A DNA stretch of 63,351 bases, filler included. It is 6 parts of 6 records of this genome, joined end to end, with 100 filler letters (N's around TTAATTAATTAA, not from the genome) between each part and the next. Parts side by side here need not be neighbours in the genome. Positions count along the whole stretch, not along the records: positions 1 to 9,068 come from SRR2962707_2482; positions 9,169 to 20,832 come from SRR2962707_2484; 4 more parts are not named here. One strand, written 5' to 3'. The position numbers and the translations under genes were made by a program. Below are positions 1 through 9,190 of the stretch, piece by piece; position 1 is the stretch's first letter, and each line of letters begins with the position of its first letter. The notes under the pieces are model-generated. The model saw only the letters and a list, made by a program, of their open reading frames with translations, did not search any database and was not told the DNA's origin.

Positions 1-272
1 CGCGCCAGCTTGGCGTCCAGCGCGCTTAGACCATCGCAATCATGGGTCGTCAGCGTCACGATCACCTTGCTATACACATTTTCCCATTCCGGATGATGGT
101 TCCATTTTTCAGCCCAGATGGCCGCGCGGGTCATCCAGCCAAATGCGTCTGCAAAATCGTTAAACTTGAACGTCTTAACAATCGCATCACGGTCCTCGAC
201 CATTTCCCAACCTGTTGCAAACAAAGGGGCAAGGACGGTTTTCCGGGTCTCTTCGCTTAATTTTTCGCTCAT
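1..272 (-). CDS. phhB: 4a-hydroxytetrahydrobiopterin (pterin-4-alpha-carbinolamine) dehydratase, 3' end cut by window edge
   Basis: Hand translation from ATG at 272: [90 protein letters not shown]. Contains the HHPEW and LTTHD..GLS..D motifs. ATGA overlap with the GNAT stop. Missing from the ORF track. Confidence 0.93.
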   Translation of the reverse strand, partial: MSEKLSEETRKTVLAPLFATGWEMVEDRDAIVKTFKFNDFADAFGWMTRAAIWAEKWNHHPEWENVYSKVIVTLTTHDCDGLSALDAKLA

Positions 273-1456
273 TGTTGTTCCTCAATATCGACCCGCTTAA
301 ACGGGCCATAATCTGTCAGTATTTCGATTTCTTGATCAACGGCAGCACGTTCCTGTTGCAGATAATCGCCCACCGCGCGGGCAAACCCCTCGTCGCGCAG
401 CCAGTGCAGCGACCATGTTGCGGTGGGAAGATAGCCGCGCGCCAGTTTGTGTTCGCCTTGGGCTCCTGCCTCTACGCTTGCCAGCTTCATGTCGATTGCG
501 ATGTCGATTGCGCGATAATAGCACAGTTCGAAATGCAGGAACGGATGATGCTCGTTGCACCCCCAGTACCGCCCGTATAACGCATCAGCCCCGACAAAGT
601 TCAACGCACCGGCGACCCACCGCCCATCACGGCGCGCCAATACCAACACCATATCATCGCGCAGGGTTTCTTGGGCGATATCAAAAAACTGCCGCGTCAG
701 ATAGGGCGTGCCCCATTTGCGCGCGCCGGTGTCTTGGTAGAACTCCCAGAATGCATCCCAATGTTCAGGCTCGATCTGATCGCCGGCGAAGGTTTCAATC
801 GTTCCGCCAAAATCCTGCGCTTGCAGGCGTTCTTTGCGAATGTTTTTGCGCTTGCGCGAACTGAGCGTGGCGAGAAAGCCATCGAAATCAGTATAGCCAT
901 GGTTTTGCCAATGGAACTGCTGGCTTTTGCGCGCCATCAGACCCAGTTCTTCTGCGGCCATCGCCTCGGCCTCGGTGCAAAAGGTGATGTGTAGTGACGA
1001 CAGCCCGTTGTTGTCAGTCAGTTGCACGGCCCCTTGGATCAGTGCGGCCATGCCTGCGTCCTCGAACCCGGGTCGGGTTAGAAAACGGCGGCCTGTGGCG
1101 GGGGTGTGGGGCACTGCAATTTGCAATTTCGGATAATACCGCCCGCCTGCACGTTCCAACGCATGAGCCCAGTTGTGGTCAAAGATATATTCGCCCTGAC
1201 TGTGGGATTTTGCATACATCGGCGCGACGCCAATGACCTGCCCACCAATCGACGCTGTCAGATATTGCGGCTGCCAACCGGTACCGGGGCCAACGCTGCC
1301 GCTGTCTTCCATCGCGGACAGGAAACGATAGGTGGTGAACGGATCAGTTGGCCGCGCGCCTGATGTGGCTTCGAGACATGCGCAGGCATCCCATTCGGCC
1401 TGACCAATGTCGGCAATCTTGGGGAATATTCGTATTTCGACTTCTTGCGCGCTCAT
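269..1456 (-). CDS. GNAT-family N-acetyltransferase (FemAB-like / DUF482)
   Basis: Motifs [43 protein letters not shown]. Start taken at MSAQEV (1456) because the longer ORF overlaps the upstream gene. Confidence 0.9.
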   Translation of the reverse strand: MSAQEVEIRIFPKIADIGQAEWDACACLEATSGARPTDPFTTYRFLSAMEDSGSVGPGTGWQPQYLTASIGGQVIGVAPMYAKSHSQGEYIFDHNWAHALERAGGRYYPKLQIAVPHTPATGRRFLTRPGFEDAGMAALIQGAVQLTDNNGLSSLHITFCTEAEAMAAEELGLMARKSQQFHWQNHGYTDFDGFLATLSSRKRKNIRKERLQAQDFGGTIETFAGDQIEPEHWDAFWEFYQDTGARKWGTPYLTRQFFDIAQETLRDDMVLVLARRDGRWVAGALNFVGADALYGRYWGCNEHHPFLHFELCYYRAIDIAIDMKLASVEAGAQGEHKLARGYLPTATWSLHWLRDEGFARAVGDYLQQERAAVDQEIEILTDYGPFKRVDIEEQQ

Positions 1457-1506
1457 GCGGGTGCCCCGGTTGCCATGGGATGTATCTGTGGTCAAAGCGC
1501 GCAGGT

Positions 1507-2268
1507 TCAAGCGGCTGGCAAAGCGTCGTAGCCCTCGAACGTGATATTGTCGGCATATTGCCGCGCCGTCGCTTCGATTTCGGCGCTTCGAACCGTCCAA
1601 CAGCACACCATCGTGCCGGCCTTGCGCAGATCGGCCACACGGGCGCGCGACAGGTCGTCGACCTCGTGACTGATGAAGCAGGCGGCAGACCGGTCGTAAT
1701 CGGGTATCTCGCGCAGGTGGTCACAGGTCGCCCTCGATAGCGGCCAATCGGCATAGCGATAGGCGCTGGTCACGATCCCGCGCGGCAACGTTGGTGCTAG
1801 CTGCGCCATCATGGCCACGGAATTCGGATTGAACGACATCACCGCGACGTCACCGCCATAGCCCCGCAAAGCTTGGGCTGTCATCGTTTCAAGCGACCCG
1901 ATGTTGTTGCCCATAGCACCGTCTTGGTCCTTGATCTCGACCAGCAGCGGGACGCGCCCGCCGATAAGTGTCAGGATTTCAGGCAAGGTTTGTACCGTAT
2001 CGGTGCCGCCCTTTAGCGTGATCTGTGCCAGCTCGGCAGCGGTGCGTTGCTGTATCGGACCCGCCTCTGCTGTCAGGCGATCCAGCGCATAGTCATGGAA
2101 AACCATCGCCTGCCCGTCCGAGCTGAGCTGGACATCCAGTTCGATACCATAGCCGCGTTCTATTGCAGCGCTGAACGCGGCCGGGCTGTTTTCAGGCCGG
2201 CCCGCGTTCAGATCATGAAAGCCCCGATGGGCAAAAGGGGCTTTTACAAGAGCAGTAGGAAAGGTCAT
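1507..2268 (-). CDS. glycerophosphodiester phosphodiesterase family protein
   Basis: AHRG...PENS..AF, IELDVQLSSDG..VFHD, VEIK and WTV motifs. Confidence 0.92.
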   Translation of the reverse strand: MTFPTALVKAPFAHRGFHDLNAGRPENSPAAFSAAIERGYGIELDVQLSSDGQAMVFHDYALDRLTAEAGPIQQRTAAELAQITLKGGTDTVQTLPEILTLIGGRVPLLVEIKDQDGAMGNNIGSLETMTAQALRGYGGDVAVMSFNPNSVAMMAQLAPTLPRGIVTSAYRYADWPLSRATCDHLREIPDYDRSAACFISHEVDDLSRARVADLRKAGTMVCCWTVRSAEIEATARQYADNITFEGYDALPAA

Positions 2269-2723
2269 GCGATCTCGAAGATGCCTTCGATTTCGACAGC
2301 CACACCCAACGGCAAAGACGCAGCAGATACCGCCGAGCGTGCGTGCCGCCCTGCATCACCAAGTGCCTCGACCAGGAAATCAGACGCGCCGTTGATGACC
2401 TTGGGCTGATCGGTGAAATCGGCGGTAGAGTTCACAAAACCGGTTAGTTTTACCACACGCACAAGACGCTCGATATCGCCGTCACAGGCTGCTTTGAGCT
2501 GCGCCAAAAGGCTGATCGCACAGGTTTTCGCCGCAGCCGCACCGGCGTCAACATCCATTGTATCGCCCAGCTTACCTAGAATCAGTCCGTCAGGACCATT
2601 CGAAATCTGGCCTGAAACATACACGATGTTTCCCGTCTTTACGAAAGGAACATAGTTGGCCGCAGGGGCTGGCGCGTCTGGCAGTGTGACACCTAGATCG
2701 CTGAGACGTTTGGTGATGCTCAT
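2265..2723 (-). CDS. RidA/YjgF/UK114-like family protein
   Basis: PAANYVP, VSGQI, NGASD, GRHARSAV...LP..VAVEIE; 4-nt overlap with the GDPD gene. Confidence 0.92.
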   Translation of the reverse strand: MSITKRLSDLGVTLPDAPAPAANYVPFVKTGNIVYVSGQISNGPDGLILGKLGDTMDVDAGAAAAKTCAISLLAQLKAACDGDIERLVRVVKLTGFVNSTADFTDQPKVINGASDFLVEALGDAGRHARSAVSAASLPLGVAVEIEGIFEIA

Positions 2724-2880
2724 GGGTTTCTTCCTTTGAAATCAGATATGTTTGGGTGACACGTTAACGCTGCGATGGCCAAACGGAAAGGGGGCATCAA
2801 CGCAGTAAAACCCACTGTATTTTAGGGCGGAATTGATCATCTAAAGATATGTTGCCAATTACATGTAGTGCCCCCATAAC

Positions 2881-3660
2881 GTGCAAAATATTACCGCGGC
2901 CAAGGGGGCTATCGTGATCAATACTTTTCGTTCAGCGAAAACACTGCGTAACCTGACAATGCTTGTCCTCGTGACGGGCCTTGCCGCGTGTAGCGGTGCC
3001 CCGCGCGTTGAGCCGACAGGCATCAATGACCCGCACGAGCAAAACAACCGCAAGGTGCATGCCTTTAACAAGAAAATCGCCGGTTCCGGCAATGGTGGCG
3101 GGCTGGCCAAGGCTGTGCCGGTAGAATTCCAGACGATTATCCATAACGTCGCGGAAAACATGTCGATGCCGCAAGTGGCCGTGAATTCGTTCCTTCAGGG
3201 CGACATCCAAGGCTTTGGGCTGGCGACATCGCGGTTTGCAATCAACTCGGTCCTTGGCTTTGCAGGTATGGTTGACGCCGCCAGCGAATTCAAAGTGCCA
3301 GAGCATGACACCGATTTTGGCGAGACCCTGTATGTTTGGGGTGTGGGCGAAGGTGCCTATTACGAACTGCCTATTATCGGGCCGTCGACTGGCCGTGATG
3401 TTGCAGGACGCGTGGTTGACTTGTTTACCAATCCGCTGTCCTACGCGCTGGAAAGCCCCGAGAAATATGTCGGGACTGCCGCAAAGCTGACCGACCGCGT
3501 ACTCAAAAACAGCCGACGCAGCGATATGATCAGCGACGTTCTGGATGGCAGCACAGACAGCTATGCGCAGGCCCGCCTGATCTATCTGCAAAAGCGCCGC
3601 TATGAACTTGCCAGCCGCACTGGCACAATGGCGACTTATGATGACCCATACGCAAACTAA
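2881..3660 (+). CDS. mlaA: VacJ/MlaA family lipoprotein (start uncertain, could be slightly downstream)
   Basis: Lipobox LAAC; DPHEQNNRKVHAFN, RFAINSVLG..G..D, DFGETLYVWGVGEG.Y.ELPIIGPSTGRD. Confidence 0.9.
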   Translation: MQNITAAKGAIVINTFRSAKTLRNLTMLVLVTGLAACSGAPRVEPTGINDPHEQNNRKVHAFNKKIAGSGNGGGLAKAVPVEFQTIIHNVAENMSMPQVAVNSFLQGDIQGFGLATSRFAINSVLGFAGMVDAASEFKVPEHDTDFGETLYVWGVGEGAYYELPIIGPSTGRDVAGRVVDLFTNPLSYALESPEKYVGTAAKLTDRVLKNSRRSDMISDVLDGSTDSYAQARLIYLQKRRYELASRTGTMATYDDPYAN

Positions 3661-4243
3661 GCTGGGCAGACGCACCTTTCTAGGCGGCGTCTGTTCGATC
3701 GCTGTCGCCCGGCCCGCAGTCGCCATGACTGCGGATGACGCGACTGCATTTATTACGCGGCTCATCGCCGACATCTACCGCGTGATCGACAGCGGCGTTC
3801 CCGAAGCCGACATGATACCGCAATTCGAGGCGTTGTTCGGGCGCTATGCCGATATCGATATCATGGCGCAATACGCGCTTGGTGTTGACGGGCGCAGTGC
3901 CAGCCCCGCGCAAAAGGCGGCATTTTCCGATGCCTTTTCCGGCTACATCGCAAAGAAGTACGGCGCACGCTTTGGCGAATTTATCGGGGGCCGGATCGAA
4001 GTCGAAAGCGCCCGCAAGATCAAACCCGGCTACGAGATCAAGACCACTGCCTATTTGCGGGGCGAAAGCCCGATTGATGTGATCTTTCTTGTGTCTGACA
4101 AATCCGGCGAGCTTCAGTTCTTCAACATGTTCCTTGAGGGCGTGAACCTGCTGCTGACGGAACGGAGCGAGATCGGATCGATGCTGGACCAGCGCGGCGG
4201 GGATCTGGATACCGCAACGCTTGACCTGAAAGTCGCGCGTTAA
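3638..4243 (+). CDS. mlaC: MlaC/Ttg2D phospholipid-binding periplasmic protein
   Basis: Overlaps the mlaA stop; Tat-like RRTFL leader; C-terminal FFNMFLEGVNLLLTERSEIGSML typical of MlaC. Confidence 0.85.
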   Translation: MMTHTQTKLGRRTFLGGVCSIAVARPAVAMTADDATAFITRLIADIYRVIDSGVPEADMIPQFEALFGRYADIDIMAQYALGVDGRSASPAQKAAFSDAFSGYIAKKYGARFGEFIGGRIEVESARKIKPGYEIKTTAYLRGESPIDVIFLVSDKSGELQFFNMFLEGVNLLLTERSEIGSMLDQRGGDLDTATLDLKVAR

Positions 4244-4281
4244 CCCTTGGCATCGCGCCTTGTCGCTATCATGGTAGCGGC

Positions 4282-5169
4282 ATGGATATTACCCTGATCA
4301 AAACCTTTATCGAAGTCGCCAACTCCGGCTCTTTTGTGGCGGCGTCGGACAAGCTGTTTGTCACGCAATCAGCCGTTAGCCTGCGCGTTCAACGGCTAGA
4401 AGACAGCTTGGGCCACGCGCTGTTCAAGCGGTCCAAATCCGGCGCATTGCTGACGTCCGAGGGGGAACAGTTCGTTCCTTATGCCCTGAGCCTGCTGAAA
4501 ATCTGGGAAGAGGCCCGCCAACAGATTGCGATCCCCGAGGGGTACAGCCGCAGTCTGTCGCTGGGGGCGCAATATTCGCTTTGGCATCGGTTGGGGTTTC
4601 GCTGGATTGATGCGATGCAAACGGCCCTGCCCGATCTAAGCGTGCGGGCGGAAATGGGCATGACCGACAGGCTGACCCGGTTTCTGGTCGAAGGGGTTAT
4701 CCAAGCGGCCCTGCTGTATACGCCGCAACTACGCCCCGGTTTGCTGGTGGAACCCGTGCTGGCAGAAGAGCTGGTGCTTGTGTCTTCGTTTGAGACGACC
4801 CTCGATGAGATCGGGTCGGAATATGTCTTTGTCGATTGGGGTTCCGAATTCACGCATATGCACGCGACTGCCTTACCTCAACTCACGAATGCGGGTCGGG
4901 CGCTGGCGCTTGGCGGATTGGCCGGCGACTATATCGTGAACCGACGCGCCGCCGCCTATCTGCCTGCACGGTCCGCGCAACGGTATATCGACACAGGAAG
5001 ATTGCACCTTGTTGCGGATGCGCCACAGTTTTCCTATCCCGTTTGGGTTGTTTGGCGCGAGGACTTGGACCCCGAATTGATATCCGTTGCACGACGCACC
5101 CTGATCGACGTCGCCCAAGCCGCTGAAAATGAACAAGATACGCTGATCGAGAATATTCCCCACAGCTAA
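4282..5169 (+). CDS. LysR-family transcriptional regulator
   Basis: N-terminal HTH GSFVAASDKLFVTQSAVSLRVQRLEDSLGHALFKR; 295 aa. Confidence 0.95.
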   Translation: MDITLIKTFIEVANSGSFVAASDKLFVTQSAVSLRVQRLEDSLGHALFKRSKSGALLTSEGEQFVPYALSLLKIWEEARQQIAIPEGYSRSLSLGAQYSLWHRLGFRWIDAMQTALPDLSVRAEMGMTDRLTRFLVEGVIQAALLYTPQLRPGLLVEPVLAEELVLVSSFETTLDEIGSEYVFVDWGSEFTHMHATALPQLTNAGRALALGGLAGDYIVNRRAAAYLPARSAQRYIDTGRLHLVADAPQFSYPVWVVWREDLDPELISVARRTLIDVAQAAENEQDTLIENIPHS

Positions 5170-5336
5170 AACCCGCGAACTGGTCATGTCATCGGGATTA
5201 CAAACAAGTAATTATCGCTTTATGCATGACTAATTCGAATTTCACTTATGTGACCCCCTCTCTTAAACCCATTCTCAGCAGAGATGCTCCTGACCCCCTC
5301 CCGGGTCGGGTCACTTCTAAGGGAAAGGATTCCCCA

Positions 5337-6191
5337 ATGAACAACTTCTTTAAGGTTTCGGCGGTTTCCGTAATCGCACTGATGGCTGCCGCCCCAGTTT
5401 TCGCTCAGCAACGCGCTTTGGGCATTGAGACACTGAACGACCAGATTGATGACATCACAGATGACGTCGAAACAGATCTGGCACGCGGCGATGACGCAGA
5501 GCGTTACGGCCCGAATGGCGTAGTCCAAGGCTGGCGCGGTTCGTTCGCTTTGTCCGCATCGGGCACAAGCGGCAACACTGACGATGGCGAAGTTTCGGGC
5601 GCTGGCCGTCTGACCTATGGTATCGGCAGCTGGAACCACCTGGTTGGTTTTGCGATCGAATACGGCGAAGCCAATGGCCAGAAAAGCGAAGAGAAATTCT
5701 TTGGTACCTACGAAGGTAGCCGCTATTTCTCTGACGAACTGTATGCCTTTGGTCTGGCCCGTTACCAGTACGATGGCTACCTGACCGACAACACAGGCGC
5801 ACAGATTCCTGGTTCGGAAACCGATGCGTTCTTGGGCTTTGGTCCTGGCTACCGTGCGATCAACACAAAAGGTCACACATGGCGCGTCCAAGCGGGCCCC
5901 GGCGTTCGCTACTACAAGGACGTGACTGGCACATCTGAAACCGAAGTCGGTGCAATCGCATCTTCGCGTTACTTCTATGCTTTCAACGACACAATGTCGT
6001 TCACCATGGACACAGACGTTGTCAGCTCCAAGGTAAACACTGTTCTGTCGAACGATGCGGGCATCAACTACAAAATGTCCGACAACCTGTCGACACGCCT
6101 TAGCTACCGCACCGACTATAACACCGATCCTGCGGCAGGCCTGAAATCCACAGACAACACCCTGGGTGTGTCCTTGGTTCTCGGCTTCTAA
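5337..6191 (+). CDS. DUF481/YdiY-like outer-membrane beta-barrel protein
   Basis: Signal peptide MNNFFKVSAVSVIALMAAAPVFA preceded by AAGGA; SGNTD, GFGPGYR and AGPG motifs; ends in LVLGF (BAM-type terminal Phe). Confidence 0.82.
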   Translation: MNNFFKVSAVSVIALMAAAPVFAQQRALGIETLNDQIDDITDDVETDLARGDDAERYGPNGVVQGWRGSFALSASGTSGNTDDGEVSGAGRLTYGIGSWNHLVGFAIEYGEANGQKSEEKFFGTYEGSRYFSDELYAFGLARYQYDGYLTDNTGAQIPGSETDAFLGFGPGYRAINTKGHTWRVQAGPGVRYYKDVTGTSETEVGAIASSRYFYAFNDTMSFTMDTDVVSSKVNTVLSNDAGINYKMSDNLSTRLSYRTDYNTDPAAGLKSTDNTLGVSLVLGF

Positions 6192-6249
6192 AGCAGACTG
6201 TCATTTGGCTCGGGTGGGTTTGTTACCTCGGACCGTTCGGGCCAGACAG

Positions 6250-6284
6250 AAAAGGGAGACAGGGCTTACCCCGTCTCCCTTTTT
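6250..6284. terminator. probable bidirectional intrinsic terminator between the convergent DUF481 and PBP genes
   Basis: AAAAGGGAGAC-AGGGCTTACCCC-GTCTCCCTTTTT: stem flanked by A and T tracts. Confidence 0.8.
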
Positions 6285-6301
6285 CACGTTCTGGGTACAG
6301 C

Positions 6302-8494
6302 TTAACGGTTACCGTCTTGACCATTGCCCCCGCCGGATGATCCGCCACCAAAGATATCGCGCAGGACCTGATCAATCAGGCTAAGCGGGTTTTGGTGTTG
6401 CGGTGCTGCCGGAACAGGCACTGGGGCCTCGACCACGACCGGGGCAGGTATGATCATCGGCAATGGCCTCACGGGCAGCCCCTCGTGCACCCGCTCCATC
6501 ACTTCTTTCCAGATTTCGGTCGGCAGCCCCCCGCCAGACACGCCGGTCAGGGGTGTGTTGTCGTCATACCCCATCCACACACCGGCCACATAATCGGCAG
6601 AGAACCCGATGAACCACGCATCGCGGTTGGCTTGTGTTGTGCCGGTCTTGCCCGCCAGTTCACGCCCGCCGAACTGCGCCCGCCTGCCGGTGCCTTCCGA
6701 CACGACTTTCTCCATCATATAGACCAGCTGAAGGGCGGCATCCTCTTGGATCACGCGTTCGCCAATACCACCGCCGGTGCCCATCAAAGGCTCGCTATCG
6801 CCCAACAGCTTGAGATCAATCAAACCATAGGGTTTCACGGATGATCCGCCGTTCAATATCCCCGCATACGCGCCCGTCATCTCGAGCAGGGTACTTTCTG
6901 ATGCGCCAAGCGCCAGCGCGGGGCCGACGGCCAGATCGCTTTGGATGCCAAACTGGGTCGCAACCTGGCCGACCACATCGCGGCCCACACTTTCCGAGAC
7001 TTTGACCGCCGGAATATTCAGCGATTCCTTTAACGCCGTCGTCAGCGACACCTGACCTTTGAACTCTTTGGTATAGTTTTTCGGGCACCATTGCCCCGAC
7101 CCCGGAATGTTCAGGCAATAGGGCGCATCCTCGATCAGGTCGTTGGGGGAATACCCCAAATCAAGGGCCGCAGCATAGATGAACGGCTTGAACGATGAAC
7201 CCGTCTGGCGCATCGCTTGGGTCGCGCGATTAAAGGCACCGGCAACCTTGGTTTTGCGGCCCCCAACCATCGCGCGCACGGCACCATCGGCTGACATCAC
7301 AACAACGGCGGCCTGTGCCTTGGATCCTTCACGCACCTTGTTCTCGAATACCCAGCTTACCCCCGCCTCGGCGGCCTTTTGAATGCGCTGGTCCAGCGTC
7401 GTCTTGATGATCACGTCTTCGGTCGTGTTGCGGGTAAAGAATTCAGGCCCAGACGACATGACCCAATCCGCGAAATACCCCCCGGCTTGGGCTTCGGCTG
7501 CCTCAGATAACTCGGCGGGATGTGCAATCGCGTCGTCCGCCTCGGCTTGGGTTAGATACCCCTGATCTTCCATCAGGCGTACAACCGTGGCGGCGCGGCT
7601 TTGCGAGCGGTCCAGATTGTTCGTAGGCGACAATGTTGTAGGGGCTGTCAGCAAGCCTGCCAGCATCGCCCCTTCGGCGGGGCGCAAGGCCGTTGCGGGC
7701 TTGCCGAAAAAGCGTTGCGCGGCGGCTTCGGCACCGAATGCACCGCCGCCCATATAGGCACGGTTCAGATAGATCGACAGGATATCATCCTTGGAATACT
7801 TCACTTCCATCGCCATAGAAAACAGCGCTTCCTTGGCCTTGCGGCTTAGCGATGAACGGCGGCACTCGGCCTCGTATTCCTTTTCCGTCTGGCCTGTGGA
7901 GGGATCGAAAGGTTCGCCCAGACACAGCAGTTTAGCGACCTGTTGGGTGATCGTTGACCCGCCGTGGCCCGACAGCGGGCCGCGCCCTTCGGACAGGTTG
8001 ATGCGCACAGCAGATGCGATCCCGCGCGGGGACACACCAAAGTGACGGTAGAAACGTTTGTCTTCTGTGGCGATGACCGCATTCTTTAGATGTGGCGACA
8101 CGTTTGACGCGTTCACAACGCCGCCGAACTGATCCCCACGCCATGCAAAGACATCGCCATTGCGGTCCAACAGGGTGACCGATCCACGCGCACGGCCATC
8201 CAGCAGCGCATCAAGAGGCGGTAAAGTGGTATAAAAATAACCGACAGCACAGGCCAGCAAAAGCACAGTAACAAGCGTCACCCGCGAGACGATCTTCCAG
8301 ATCAGGTTCAGGATCCAGCGGATCACAGCGCTGAAAAAGCCAAGGATACCGCCACGACGTTTGACCGGCTTGCGTGCAGGCTTGCGTTTTGCAGGTGCCT
8401 TTTTAACAGGCTTCTTTTTGGCCGACGCCGCCGCCTTGCCACTATATCGCTTGTCGGCGACCATTGGCCGCTTCCGCTTGGATGAATCACTCAT
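6302..8494 (-). CDS. class A penicillin-binding protein (PBP1A family transglycosylase/transpeptidase)
   Basis: EDKRFYRHFG, GGSTITQQ, RKAKE, YLNRAYMG (GT51); SSFK, SLN, KTGT (transpeptidase); N-terminal basic tail plus TM. Confidence 0.95.
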   Translation of the reverse strand: MSDSSKRKRPMVADKRYSGKAAASAKKKPVKKAPAKRKPARKPVKRRGGILGFFSAVIRWILNLIWKIVSRVTLVTVLLLACAVGYFYTTLPPLDALLDGRARGSVTLLDRNGDVFAWRGDQFGGVVNASNVSPHLKNAVIATEDKRFYRHFGVSPRGIASAVRINLSEGRGPLSGHGGSTITQQVAKLLCLGEPFDPSTGQTEKEYEAECRRSSLSRKAKEALFSMAMEVKYSKDDILSIYLNRAYMGGGAFGAEAAAQRFFGKPATALRPAEGAMLAGLLTAPTTLSPTNNLDRSQSRAATVVRLMEDQGYLTQAEADDAIAHPAELSEAAEAQAGGYFADWVMSSGPEFFTRNTTEDVIIKTTLDQRIQKAAEAGVSWVFENKVREGSKAQAAVVVMSADGAVRAMVGGRKTKVAGAFNRATQAMRQTGSSFKPFIYAAALDLGYSPNDLIEDAPYCLNIPGSGQWCPKNYTKEFKGQVSLTTALKESLNIPAVKVSESVGRDVVGQVATQFGIQSDLAVGPALALGASESTLLEMTGAYAGILNGGSSVKPYGLIDLKLLGDSEPLMGTGGGIGERVIQEDAALQLVYMMEKVVSEGTGRRAQFGGRELAGKTGTTQANRDAWFIGFSADYVAGVWMGYDDNTPLTGVSGGGLPTEIWKEVMERVHEGLPVRPLPMIIPAPVVVEAPVPVPAAPQHQNPLSLIDQVLRDIFGGGSSGGGNGQDGNR

Positions 8495-8580
8495 TTACTG
8501 CTCGCTCGACCGTTCTTTTTCGCCACTCTATCCTGCATGCCAATGATTGTTTAGCGTAGAGGTTGTTTGCGGGCGTCTAT

Positions 8581-8650
8581 TTTTCGCACATTTTTTAATC
8601 ACATTTACCTTTTCGCACATATTTTAACCACATGCGCCCGTCAAATAGGC
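8581..8650. promoter_or_regulatory. tandem 24-bp direct repeat plus CGCC-N9-GGC box upstream of glnK; candidate NtrC-type sites
   Basis: TTTTCGCACATTTTTTAATCACAT (8581-8604) and TTTTCGCACATATTTTAACCACAT (8610-8633), 22/24 identical; CGCCcgtcaaataGGC at 8635-8650. Confidence 0.5.
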
Positions 8651-8748
8651 CAATGCGCGCCCTTTTGCCTATCATATCCAACCAGAGTCCCGCTTTTCTT
8701 CTCAGGCATCACGCAGGAAGAACCTGCATTCTAGAAGAGGGACTTTAG

Positions 8749-9068
<320 letters not shown>

Positions 9069-9168
9069 NNNNNNNNNNNNNNNNNNNNNNNNNNNNNNNN
9101 NNNNNNNNNNNNTTAATTAATTAANNNNNNNNNNNNNNNNNNNNNNNNNNNNNNNNNNNNNNNNNNNN
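9069..9168. other. artificial contig spacer
   Basis: N44-TTAATTAATTAA-N44; stops in all six frames; identical at five places. Confidence 0.99.
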
Positions 9169-9190
9169 CTGCTGCTGCTGCTGCTGCTGC
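9169..9190. repeat. (CTG)n microsatellite at contig start, encoding poly-Ala in the open frame
   Basis: ctgctgctgctgctgctgctgc. Confidence 0.9.

Noticed and set aside
8652-8670. Possible sigma54 promoter before glnK (TGCGCGCCCTTTTGC)
   Set aside because: Lacks the invariant GG at -24
9069-9168. TTAATTAATTAA palindrome repeated five times, as a possible biological repeat or insertion site
   Set aside because: Always centred in exactly 88 Ns; it is a synthetic six-frame-stop linker
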